A stretch of DNA of 63,775 bases, counting the filler, from Conidiobolus incongruus B7586 (lineage: Eukaryota), in NCBI GenBank assembly GCA_000697335.1. It is 8 parts of 8 records of this genome, joined end to end, with 100 filler letters (N's around TTAATTAATTAA, not from the genome) between each part and the next. Parts side by side here need not be neighbours in the genome. Positions count along the whole stretch, not along the records: positions 25,195 to 36,345 come from JNEM01006114.1; positions 36,446 to 48,100 come from JNEM01006117.1; 6 more parts are not named here. One strand, 5' to 3'. The translations under genes were made by a program, and so were the position numbers. The notes under the pieces are model-generated. The model searched no databases. It was not told the origin of the DNA and was given only the letters and a program-made list of their open reading frames with translations. Shown piece by piece: positions 25,640 through 38,172 of the stretch. Numbering within the stretch: position 1 is the first letter of the stretch; every line of letters starts with the position of its first letter.

Positions 25640-26670
25640 TGACTGAAAGTCTTATTATTTTAAAAATTACTTAAACAAAGAAAATATAAATTAATATTAT
25701 TTTATATAAATTCTTGATATCAACTATTCACAAAAAATCTTCATTTAGTAACTAGTGGCAAAAGGCTTTGAAAGTGTAATATTACAAACTGGTTTAGTCA
25801 ACTCAAAACTTGAAAATCTCAAATAGAATACTTACCTTGATTAAGTTATTTTGAATTTATAACTATAACTAGAAATCAAGATAAAATATAAAATATATCG
25901 AATATCACCTATATGACTTAGCATAGAAATAACATAATATCTATATTTTAATATTAACTCTATTATTATTTTACTAAAATATCATTTAAAATTAGTTAAT
26001 AAATTAGGAACCTAGGAACCTTAAACTCTAATTAAAAATCAACTAAATAAGACAAGAAAAGTAACTAATATAGATTTATAATATTATAATACTGAACCTA
26101 TTATGGTTGAAAGAATAATTACAATAGGTAAATCATGGATTTTAGTGTATAATCCATTGGCGTCAAAAACAAAAAGTACTTGGATTATTAAATCAAAATT
26201 ATTATCATAAATTCCAAAGCAATAATTATTTAAAATAAGCAAGTGTTATTATTAGTTATAGATATTAATGATATAACATTATTTATTATCAGCCAAAGTA
26301 AATTATAATAAAATATAGATCTTGTTAAAACTAAAGTTATAAATTAATATAAGAAAAGTTCAATTAAAAAATCTATTTTACGTGGTAATGGCCATATACA
26401 TATAGCAAAGACTAACAAAAGTTTGATTATTGAAAAGAACTAGTCTTTATTACCACATTCACCATACTCAGCAAATATGAATCTTTATGATTATGATTGT
26501 TTTGATAAGTTAAAAAATTTGATTTGGAGAAAGAGATTTGATAGCATTTTAAATATTAAAATTAAAGGTGTAATTTTCAAGATATAATATAAAGGCCTAT
26601 GTAAAAAGGATAAACTATTATCATTAGCATGTGATTCTGTTATTAAAAACCAGGAAGTTATTAACTATTA
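25640..26670 (+). mobile_element. Decayed mariner (DD34D) transposase; boundaries approximate
   Basis: NWFSQLKT*KSQIEYLP, VERIITIGKSWILVYNP, LRGNGHIH (HDN..H), N*SLLPHSPYSANMNLYDYDCFDKLKNLIWRKRF; 34 residues between the second and third catalytic positions. Confidence 0.8.
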
Positions 26671-29600
26671 CAATATTATTATTTTTGCTTTAGCTCTTTA
26701 TATTTTTAAAATAATAATTTAAAATTGATAAACTTCTTTGTTGAACTACAGTATAAGGAAAAATATTATTTAATATAGGAATTTGGAGTATATTATAATA
26801 AAATGAAATTATGATATAATAAAAATATATGCAGATTTGTAAATATGATATTATCAACTTTAAATAGCAAAAAATAGATAAGATTGATGTTATACCATTG
26901 AATCGGGCTTTGGTTTATTTTACATAATTAAAATTCAGCAAATAGAAATAAAACCTCGAAAATGGAATTTGGCTAAATAAAGCATCGTGAATGAATTAAT
27001 TATATTTGTTTAATTGAATGATAAAAGAATTTTTAATATTTAAATATTTAGAAATTCACGTTTATAGATAAAATTGATTAATAAAATTTCAGTCTCTTTA
27101 ATTTAGAAATATATTGTGAAAAAAGGTTGTATATGATTTAGGTTTAATAATTTTGAAATTTTTATAATTTGAAATATAAATTTTAGAATTAAATTTTAAA
27201 ATATAAAATGACCAATAAAATTTGAAACTTATTTTGAATGAAAGATCTCATTTTTTAAAAGTTGTACAATTAGAATGTATGATAAAAGCTAATATAGTTT
27301 CTGCTTTCAAATAGTAATTATGAATTTATTAATTTATTTTGACTGATATATTGTTATATATTGATATAATTATATTTACATATTCACTATATCTTAAACA
27401 TTTAATTCATTCAATATTCTTTAAGCTATTTAGTAAACCTATTACTCATTCAAAGTGAAAAATAATTGGTTTTTTTTTAATGGTAAAATATGGATGTCTT
27501 TCTTTAAAAGGAAATATTTGTGGAATCCAAGATTCAAAATTAAAAATAAATATTACATATTTCTAATTATAAAATTTTAGTCATATATTATATTAAAATT
27601 ACAAATATGTAATAATTTATTTAATTTAAAATATAGCTAACTATCATTTTAAATCAAATTTATAGAATATATTATAAATTTGATTCGTAAAATATATTCT
27701 ACCAAAATTCTCTCAAATAATAATTTTAATTTGTTCACAAACGATTAAAAGCTTATCAACCTTTGAATTAAATAATTGTTCCTGTTGACCAAATGTGGTA
27801 AATTTCTAAATACGTTCAAATGGATTAAATCGAAAATATCAGTTGTTATGAAAATGAATGCGCTTCATATTTATTTATAAAATTAAATCATACTGATCAA
27901 CCAATAAAAAGATTCATTGGCTCAGCCCTTAATACCAACTGGATTTATTGAATTTAAACACTTCGCTTATATATTAATATTGTTAAAATATAATCTTTTT
28001 ATTTGTTATTTAATACCAATAAAATAATAATATTTTATTATTCCAGTTCTAGCTTGTCTGAATAAATAAATTAGTTATTATTTTATTTTTTTATTATTCG
28101 GATATTAATTTCATTTATTTTATACATTTTTAAAATATTTCATTCCTATCATGTGATAGAGTAATTGAAACACTTTAATAAAAACAATAGAATGAAACTG
28201 ATTTTTAAATTTTCATGGTTATAATTTATTAAAACAAGTTTATAACATGTCAGATTTAATAGATATTAATATAAAATGATTAAATTATTAGACTGAGATA
28301 ATTCGATTTTTATTAAATTCACATCAAGTTAATTCTCTATTATCTTCAGATGTCTTGTCATTAATGAGGTTGAAGACTACATTTATTGTAATTTCTATAA
28401 TCTAAATAAATATTATTTAATATTTGTGTCCATTTAAAAATATTTGGCTAATTAAATTAATCGATTATTCTCATTAGTTAATATTGTAACCCATTATATT
28501 GAATAAATTTGGCAATTTTAAATGAATAATATACCATATTTGATAAAAAATCAAAAAATTAATAAATATTTTCCCATAGAAATTAACAAGTAAAAATAAT
28601 ATTAAATTCGTTTTATATGTCATATTTAATGACCTTTTATTAATTAATAATGTAAATTTGAATTGTTTAAATTTATCTCTCTTAACTAAATCTTTTTATG
28701 TAATTTTGATATGCTTTGATCAAATTTGATGTATTATCTAATTTTTAGAAAATAACAAGTTAGTATTTATTTGAATAAGTTGAAGAAAAATATTTAAACA
28801 TATTATCCAGTGATTTAGAACCTATTTAGGTTAAAAAATATGGATTGAGGCAGATATTCCCCTTTTTAGGCATTTACATTCCAATCAAATTATACATGTT
28901 TGAGTAAATACTGATTCTAGAACTTTCATCAATTAGATATAGAAATTTTATTATATTATTATTGTATGATCTTGAACTAAATATCTATTAGCAAAGTATA
29001 AACCTTTCAAATACTAATATTTACTGATAATTTAAACTTATCTTCCTTTAATAAAGTTTTAATAAATGAAATATTCGATCGGATCAGGTTTCACAGTGTA
29101 TGTAACATTAACCCAAATTAGCTCCAAAAGTCAAATCAAATTCTCATTTCAATTCAATAAACTTTGATCAGAAAAATAACTTGGAGATCATCAAAATAAT
29201 CTTAATTCTTTCTTTCTGCTTTTCATTAAAAATTATTTTTTAATTTTGAATTTTTTTTCTTAGTTAATTTGCATTTCTTGGAACCGGATTTCAGTATTTA
29301 CAAGTAAGTATTTTTTATATTTATAATTTAAATGCTACAATATCAAGGAGTATAGACCATAGTATTAGAGTTGAAACTACTTCCTATTGATTTGCCACTT
29401 GTTATAGCTACTGTTTTTACTCTTCATAATAGTAGTTAAAGGTTTAGCAAGTTTCAGTATATTTTGAAAGTCAAAGTACTATAAATGTTCACACAAGCCA
29501 ACAACTAATTATGCTCAGTCATGAAATGGATCCAAGTCATAATTCTATATGCTGTTCGATGCCTTTTAAATAATGAATTTTATAGCTTTGAAGCTGAACT

Positions 29601-30105
29601 ATGCTTAAGCATTTAATATTTTGCTATTTATCATCATTATATTTGAATATAAACAGTCTATTACCTATATATACAACTACTAATTCAATTGTGGGGGATA
29701 TTGATGAATGATATGGCTTTATATCTTTTACATATTCACAGTTATTTCACTCCTTTGATTCTGACAAGTCAAAATGAATAGTTATGCTCCTTATTACTCA
29801 TTTGCACATCCTATGGCTATATTTAAACCCCTATAAGTATTAAACAAAATCTATATTCACTATTATATATTAAATAATATAATTAAATTCAAATTCTTTG
29901 AATAATATTGAATCATATATCATAAACTGAGGATTTTCACTAAGCGTTTATTTATTTTTAGGTTGTTGTACTATTAAAACTAAAGTGAAAATATTCTCTT
30001 ACCTTAACTATATTTCTCATTGCACTTGAATTGATTATTTCAAACACCTATCATATAAAATCCAGTAATCATCATATTCATGTACCAATATATATTGAAA
30101 ATATA

Positions 30106-30948
30106 ATGATGAATTCATTCAATGTATCAGGAAAAGAAACATTTGCTCAGAGATTATACAAGTATTTAAAATTACACGCATTCACTTATTTTCAAAGATT
30201 AATTTAATATACTCTTTGGTATAGATTAATTAATAATGAGCCTCATATATTTTGGTCTAATGATGGTGAATCCTTTTATATAAACGATATTGATCAATTC
30301 GAGGATATAGTCAAATTGAAAATGAATAATTCAAGTATGCTATCATTTGTGAGACAATTACATGTTAGTTATGCAATATTAAAATTTATTGATTTATACT
30401 CACAATCATATCATTTATAGATTTATGGATTTAAAAGATTGATTGATGGCAGAAAGACGAGGTACCAATTAAGAACTAATTTCGCCTGCTTTCATCATCC
30501 ATATTTTAAAAGGAATCGTCCTGATTTGCTATCTCAAGTGAAAAGAAAAAGGAAACTGTCTGCATCACAAGATGAGATGAATAAAATCAAACCAATTAGG
30601 TTTAAATCAGTTGAGTTTGGAAATAAAAAATCCAAAGACTCTGCTGAGACGGAAAAAAAAGATCAAAATTTATCTCAAGAATATTCTGAAGTGGAATATC
30701 CTGAATCTAACCCTGTATTCACCAGTGATCCTTTACCAATCTCTGAAAATAACGAAGAACGAGAATGGTATCAATTCTCGGGGGATTCAACTGGTTCACC
30801 TTCGTTTCATAAAGATTACAAAAGACTGGAAAATATTCTTAATGGTGATTCTACCCAGCGATCCTACAGTCGAAAAAGAGGTCAAATCACTATTAACAAT
30901 CTGTTAAACCCCATCTCATCTAACCACCATTCACCCAAGCTACCATAG
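30106..30948 (+). CDS. HSF-type DNA-binding domain protein, 240 aa; exons 30106-30161, 30225-30363, 30421-30948
   Basis: Spliced: FAQRLYKLINNEPHIFWSNDGESFYI...SMLSFVRQLHIYGFKRL...FHHPYFKRNRPDLLSQVKRK. Confidence 0.9.
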
Positions 30949-31239
30949 AAATTTTCTCCAAAATTCAATTAATTGCTATACTTTTGAAATATCATTTTTT
31001 TTTGTGAATTTTGAATACATCTTTTTTACTAACCATACTAACATAAATTAAGATTTTATTTGCATTATTAATGTAGTTTATAATTAAGTTATTTGAATTT
31101 ATCAATTACGGATAGTAATTTTGTAAATTCAAGTACCTAAATTTTCCAAAATTGCTATACAGGGAATTTAAAATATATTATATTATCAATGCTAAGAACA
31201 ACCTTATAATTTGGATCTAAATTATCAAAAAAAGTAGGA

Positions 31240-31983
31240 TGTATCCAGAAGTTGAGTTTCTAAACACAATCAAACAGTACAAGATGTTACAATATTTGAC
31301 CTTATATCGATTAGAATCTTGATCAAATAAATTCAAATTTCAATTTGTCACTAAAGTGCCCTTGTAGATTCACAATAAATTCGATATAAAAAACTTAATA
31401 TTGCACAAAAGTTTACTAAAATCATTACCTTAAAAAGTGTTTATTAATGATATTACTTGAGTATCATTCTTTTGATATTTTTTAAAAACAGAGTGAAAAT
31501 CGTTCCTTAAACCACGCCACAACAAATCAAATTTAACGAATTAAGCATATACATTTGATTTGATATCCAAATTCGTACATTACTGGTTTAATCAATATCT
31601 ATATAATCATTTTTGATCGACAAACATTATCAATATGTACAGAAATTTTTCAGCCAACTGAAAGATAATCTCTGATGTTCTTATAATTTTACTGATATTG
31701 ATTTACAATCAAATTAATCCAATTTCAAATCCTGGATGTTATGAAATTGCAATTATTTTCTAGACCTTGAATGTTTTTGTGGTTCATTTGGTAATTTTGG
31801 CCAAGGCGTTTTATTAGGGTATAATTCGCTTCACAGTAGACTACAAATGATAATGAAAGATATCTGACCATGATTTTTTATAAACCATCCATTGGCTGTA
31901 GATGGTGTAACAAAATGTATTGGGTCTTCAGAAGAATTAGGCCTTGTAGTGATGTGACGGATATTCCGATGTTATATCTCCAT
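31240..31983 (-). pseudogene. Unidentified decayed reading frame
   Basis: GC above background; minus frame MEI*HRNIRHITTRPNSSEDPIHFVTPSTANGWFIKNHGQISF...TPWPKLPNEPQKHSRSRK* with sparse stops; no family recognised. Confidence 0.3.
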
Positions 31984-32789
31984 AATGTATTAAGTTGGGA
32001 GGTAAAGTCAGTCAGGCGAGTTACTATATAGGTATCAATATTATTAAAATCAATCTACTAATATACAATTAAATGAAATATATATTCCAAACAATGACAT
32101 TAAGTGTAGAATTATAATCTATTTCAATATTTAATTATTATTTTTTAAATTTTTAAATAAAAATATTATTATAATAAATTCCAACAAAGAGTTTAACTTG
32201 ATTTTTATATTCTTTTCAAATAATAATTAAATTTTATTATAATATTTAATTTTTTATTTAATATATAAAAATTTTACTATTAATATAAGAATTGGATAAT
32301 TGTATGTTAAACTTTTATTAATATAAATTTTAACACAATATTATCATATTGACTCATTTTATTAATCATGCAATTATTAATTTATTATTAAAATAGAATA
32401 GTAAAATATAATATTTTAAAAATTAAATTTAAATAATACTAAATTTACTTATAAAATTTTAATCATTATTGACCTTAATATTAAAAATTTAATGAACCTA
32501 GTAGTGTCTTTAATAGGTCATGAATTAAATTTGTATATGTTAAAAAATTTGAATTTTGATTTGAAAATAAAAGTAAAAAAAATAAATAATAATTTTTAAT
32601 ATATTTAATATTTGAAATTAAATATAATTATTTTAAAAAAAAATTAAAAATAATATTATATTGTTTATAAAAATAATGGTGTATCCATAAATATAAATAT
32701 ATAATTTTTACTCTTTTTGGTAATTGATATTCAATAAATTTATTTAACAAATCAATAAAAAAAGAATAATTTTGACAAATTAAGATATT

Positions 32790-33120
32790 ACTTCAATGTT
32801 AGGTGTTAGCAATGTATAAAATAAGTATCTAAGGTACGCAAGTTATTTTTAGAAAGTGACAGTACTAGATCAAGGGCTTCATTAAGGAGATGGAAAAAAT
32901 GATCATCTTGTGCAAGATCTGCTTACCTCCCATTATAGGGTTTAAGACATTAGTTCTTTTATATTCTAATTGTCAACTGAAAATAGTTTTTAGAGGTGAG
33001 ATAGGTCTTCTAGGGAATGAGACCTTTAGAGTAGAATGATGTGCACTCTGGGGTATCATCCCCAAAAGGAAATGGATGAGGAGGCAAAGACGCTCAGGTG
33101 GGTTATCATCTAGTTAGCGA
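32790..33120 (-). mobile_element. Possible relic of a non-LTR retrotransposon ORF2 C-terminus
   Basis: GC island within very AT-rich DNA; minus frame SFYSKGLIP*KTYLTSKNYFQLTIRI*KN*C resembles the GLIP...IWKxRC end of L1-like ORF2. Confidence 0.3.
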
Positions 33121-34959
33121 TAATATTCTCCTACTATTTAATATATTATATATATTATTTTAATTTAAAACTTAAACTTTGTTAGTTTATTATATTACTT
33201 AATCGAATATATGTATTTATTATATATTTTATATAATTTATTTTTTAAATAATAAAAATATTGAAATTATTATTGATTCAAGTTTTTCCATTTTTAAATT
33301 AATATCAATTGATTTTAAAAATTGTCCTTTTAATTATAATTTACTGTAACACATTATTAAATAAAATATTTTAGTATATTTTAGTTTTTTTAGTGAAAAA
33401 ATTATATATATTAGTACAAATTATTTGTTCAAAATACTAGTTGAGTAATTTTATATTTTCATCAATATAAAATATATCTACCGTAAAAGGAATATTATTT
33501 TTATAGCCAATCTTTTCTTATATTTTCAATAATATAACAATATATTTACTATAACTTATTAACCTTATTAACTATATTATAATTTTCTTAAATTTATTTT
33601 CAAACTTATAATATTAATTGTAACGTGGGAGGTCAAAATATAATCTATTATCTTTCCAAAAATTAAATTCTTTGACTTATTAATAAAAATATAGTAAATA
33701 GGATTCATTACTGATAAGTGCAGAGATTAAGGGAATAAAAATATTACCTTTAATAAAATTATTTTTAATAATTTAAGAGGTAATAAATATTGGAAAAACT
33801 ATGTTCTATATTATTATTTTAATATACTATAACTATTAATAAATTTACAGAATATTATATTATCAATTTTTATATTAAATATTAAAGTTTTGTTTTTTAA
33901 ACTATTTTTTTTGATTTTTATAATGGTGAGTATCATATTTTAACCTAAGCAAACTATTTGTTTTTGAGTAATGGATTATAATTTTAGAGCTGTAATTTAT
34001 CTATTAAAATAATTCTTAAATCTAGAATGATATAAGCTATAGTAATATAAATATTTATAAAATATATTTTTTTATTAGAATTTCATCTTAGTTGAATATA
34101 ATGTAACTATAATAATTAATCAATTCATTTTGAATCATTTATTACTACGAGAGTAACCAATGTAAAATTGAAATATTAATTTATTTTTAGTTCATTAATG
34201 TATATGGGTAATATTTGAAATATTTCTTAATATATATATTATAATTGATAAGAGATTGAAACCTGCTTGGATAAGATAATGTTTATTAATTGGTTTTCCG
34301 TATAATTATCAATTTGTTCATTTTTCAATATTAGGTTGAGCAAGCTTTTTGATATTAATTTCAAATTATAAATGAATATATCTATATGTCAATAAAGATT
34401 TTAGAGCAAGAACATTTTGTCAAATGCTTTTTATCTCTTTTATTAGATGTAAAAATTTCATTTTTATCCTTCATGCTATTGTTTTACTAATATCTAGATA
34501 CAACACTTAATTTTTTAATATAATTGACATCAGTTTTAAATTATTCGCTATTTTTTAATGTTATGATATGATAATAATCTAATTTTTTTCACTTAAAATA
34601 CAATAATTGAATATTATTTTAAGATATATTAAATCTTAAATAAAATAAATAGTAGATTATAATTATATTAATATAATTAATAATTATATATATAAATGTT
34701 TTTAAATTAAGTTAACATAATTTATAAAATATAATAATCATTAAAATTAAAATAATGTAATTAATACTGAAATATCATTTTCTAAAATATATAATTATAC
34801 TTATCAAATTTATATTTCTTATATTTTTATATTTTTTATGATATAAATTATAAAATAATAACTGTATTTGGAAATATATATAGTTTTTATAAGATAAGCT
34901 TATTGATTTAAATTCTTTATAAAAGAAAGTGTAATATATAATAATAAAATTTTAATAAT

Positions 34960-35225
34960 TAATAACTTTGTTGTTTTTCAATAATGGAATTCTATATTAA
35001 TTTTAATTACTTAATATTTTTACTCAAGTATTTATAATTTCACTTGGAAATTATAATTTTAATAATGAAATTTAAACTTTTAATATTTTTCCAAATAGTT
35101 TTTTTTAATTAAATTTTTTACCTTATTAAAATCATCATTATCATAAAGATACATATTTGGTGAGTATGGTCGATATGGTAATAAAGACCAGTTCTTTTCA
35201 ATAGTCAAATCTCTGTTAGTTTTTG

Positions 35226-35259
<34 letters not shown>

Positions 35260-35900
35260 CTAATATCATATAAAATTAATGGTTTTTTAATAGAATTTTT
35301 CCTATATTAATATGTAATATTAGTTTCTAAAGATCTAAAATATACTATACTATTATAATTGATTTTCACTCATAATAATTGGTGAAATACTATATTATTA
35401 ACATATATACTTAATAATAAAATTTATTAAAATATTTTTTATTTTAGAGTTTATGATAATAATTTTGATTTTTCAACTTAAACATTCCTTTTAATAGTTG
35501 CTAATATATTATATACCGGAACCCATGATTTATATATTGGAGTAATTTTTTCAAATATAGTATAATAAGTATTATAACAATATAAATTCATACTAATTCT
35601 TCTATAATATATTTGATTTTAACTAATTTATAATATTTCTATATTTTTGAATTTATTTACTAAGGCATATAAGTAATATTTGAAATATTTCTTAATTTTA
35701 TTTATATTCCTTTGGCTCTTGATAAATATAGGATAGCTTAAATAAAGTAAATATTTTATATCAGATTTTTTACCTTTAAATTAATTCAATTAATTAGCAA
35801 TATTACATTTTAAGAGCCTTTCACCATTAGTTGCTCTTTGGAGATTTGTTTTATTAATTAATATAGAATACTATGTATAATATAATATCTTGACAAATAC
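34960..35900 (-). mobile_element. Decayed mariner transposase, same subfamily as 25640-26670; boundaries approximate
   Basis: Reverse complement of 35135-35230 (tattgaaaagaactggtctttattaccatatcgaccatactcaccaaatatg) matches 26428-26479; 35450-35535 matches 26130-26220; 35790-35850 matches 25735-25795. Confidence 0.8.
35227..35257. repeat. (TA)15 microsatellite inside mariner relic
   Basis: Direct reading. Confidence 0.95.
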
Positions 35901-35977
35901 TCTTTATTAAACTATGGTAGAAATTTAAATTTGATTTTTTTCAATTATTTTATTTTTTTAAATTTTCTTAAAAAGTA

Positions 35978-36345
35978 TTAGTATGGAAATTAAGAAATGG
36001 CAAATTTTTTAATTTCCGATCTTTCAAACATATTATACGTTTTGAAAGATTATATATATATATAATATATAGGAAAATAAATATTTTCAAACTATATATA
36101 TATATTCAATTTTAATTATTTTTTTTATTAAAATATTTTGATTTTAAAATTTACACTTAAATTTAATCATGCTTAAACCAGATTGTGATTATCAAAAGGC
36201 TTTTATTTTTGTATCTTTAAAACTTAACCATAAACCCTCTAAAATCATCCAAAACTTGCAAACAGCTTATGGAGATGGTGCTTTATCTAAAACTACCATA
36301 TATCACTAGATTTGTGATTTTAAAGCTGGAAGGGACACTATTCAA
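35978..36345 (+). mobile_element. Mariner 5' end: TIR plus N-terminal HTH of transposase (ATG 36169), truncated by spacer
   Basis: TA then TTAGTATGGAAATTAAGAAATGGCAAATT; LKLNHKPSKIIQNLQTAYGDGALSKTTIYH*ICDFKAGRDTI is a mariner HTH with W>TAG and one frameshift. Confidence 0.85.
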
Positions 36346-36445
36346 NNNNNNNNNNNNNNNNNNNNNNNNNNNNNNNNNNNNNNNNNNNNTTAATTAATTA
36401 ANNNNNNNNNNNNNNNNNNNNNNNNNNNNNNNNNNNNNNNNNNNN

Positions 36446-37718
36446 TTAACTATATATTGCTTTGAAAGGAATTTTAGTTTGGGTGAAGCTTCAATCCTAA
36501 CTCAATTAATCTCTGGAATTGGTTTAGATTTTTATAATCATTACTTTGATCAAGTAAGTATCAACCATTGATTCATTCATAATTCATATTTATATATGCT
36601 ATTTAGATTAATTATAATTTTGAGCCTACCGATATCTATATATTAATTCGAGCCGGATTAGTATTCGCTTCAATCGGTGTGTATTCAACCATATTCATTC
36701 ACAAATTATTGAAAACTGCTTGGAGTGGTATAGTTGGCATTATTTTTGGTATTACATTACCTTGGTATTTTTTAATTTATCCCTCTATGAAATTACAACT
36801 GGGTCAAGATCCCTTCATTTGGTAAATATTGAACAATACATTATGATATATAATTCTCACATTCTAATTTATTGTAGGTTAATTAACTATATTTGGGAAA
36901 ATTCAATCACTCAATATACCATCGCATTTTGGACCTTATCCATAATCCTTTCTATTATTTATATCAACGTTCAATCCAAGTGTAAGTCTTTGAACTCTAA
37001 GAGAAAATTCTTCCATTATTTATCATGTTTAATGTTTATTCCTATTTATACCTATAATGTACCTAAATAGTATATTTTATTATATATCATACTAATCATT
37101 TATATTAGATTGATTTCTTGAACGTTGCTTTAATGGTTGGATTGGGATTGATGTTGATTATCGAAATCTATAGATTATCTTATTTACCAGGGTACCCTAT
37201 TTTGAACTCTTTCATTAATTCATTTAGAGATAACAAAGATATTGGTGATTTTGTGTGGGCTCATGTGTATTTACTCTTGGGCTGCTCTGTCACTATTTGG
37301 TTGGGTGATTTGGGTGGTTTGAGTGGTGTAATTGCTTTAGGCTTATGCGATTCTACAGCTTCCGTAGTTGGTAAATCGGTGGGAAGAACTAAGTGGTTTG
37401 ACTCCAAAAAGAGTGTTGAAGGAAGTTTGGTGTTTATGATTTGTTGTACTCTTGGTATGATCTATACTTGTCAAAGCGAATTTGGTCATATTGTAAGTGG
37501 ATATGATAATAGGAAATTCATTTTAATAATTTATTAATAATGCAATAATAGGCATCTTTAGTAGCCAAAGCTTCTTTCTACACAGGTAATTTGATTAATA
37601 CTACATTCATTTTTACATTTATTAACAGCAATCCTTAGCTTTATTAGAAGCTATTACTGTTGAAAATGATAATTTAATTATTCCTTTATACCTTTGGGTC
37701 TTACTTAATCTACCATAA
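36446..37718 (+). CDS. SEC59: Dolichol kinase, 5' truncated by spacer, multi-exon
   Basis: NFSLGEASILTQ, RKFFHYL, FRDNKDIGDFVWAHVYLLLGCSVTIWL, GLCDSTASVVGKSVGRTKWFDSKKSVEGS, LLEAITVENDNLIIPLY. Confidence 0.9.
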
Positions 37719-38172
37719 ATGATATAATATAATATTGATATATTAAAATAATATTAGTTTTCAGTTCAATAAACCTTATCTATAATTAATAATAGCATAT
37801 AGCAATATATTCTCTATTTACTTTAATGGTTTTTGCATTGAGAAATTTTCAATTTCGTTTACAAATCATTTTTTAGGTTTGACACTATTAAATGACTATA
37901 TAGATTTTATTTCATCCTATTGTCTCTAAAGCAACGGCGTTATAAATGTTATTCAATGCAGAGCTTTATTTTACTAATTTTACACTCATTTTCAGAGGGG
38001 GAAATTATTAATATATCTAAAACTTGGATTGGAAGATTGAAAAAAATTTTCATTGAACACTGGATAAACTGATGATGTAACTCATTATAAAAAGGAAAAT
38101 TAGAATTCAATGAAATGTCTGAAATGAAATAATTTATTAATAATGAATTCATGTCTAGTCGCAATAATAAAA

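Noticed and set aside
25828..25838. ATACTTACCTT resembling the U1 snRNA 5' end
   Set aside because: No U1 stem-loops or Sm site follow, and it lies inside the mariner transposase relic.
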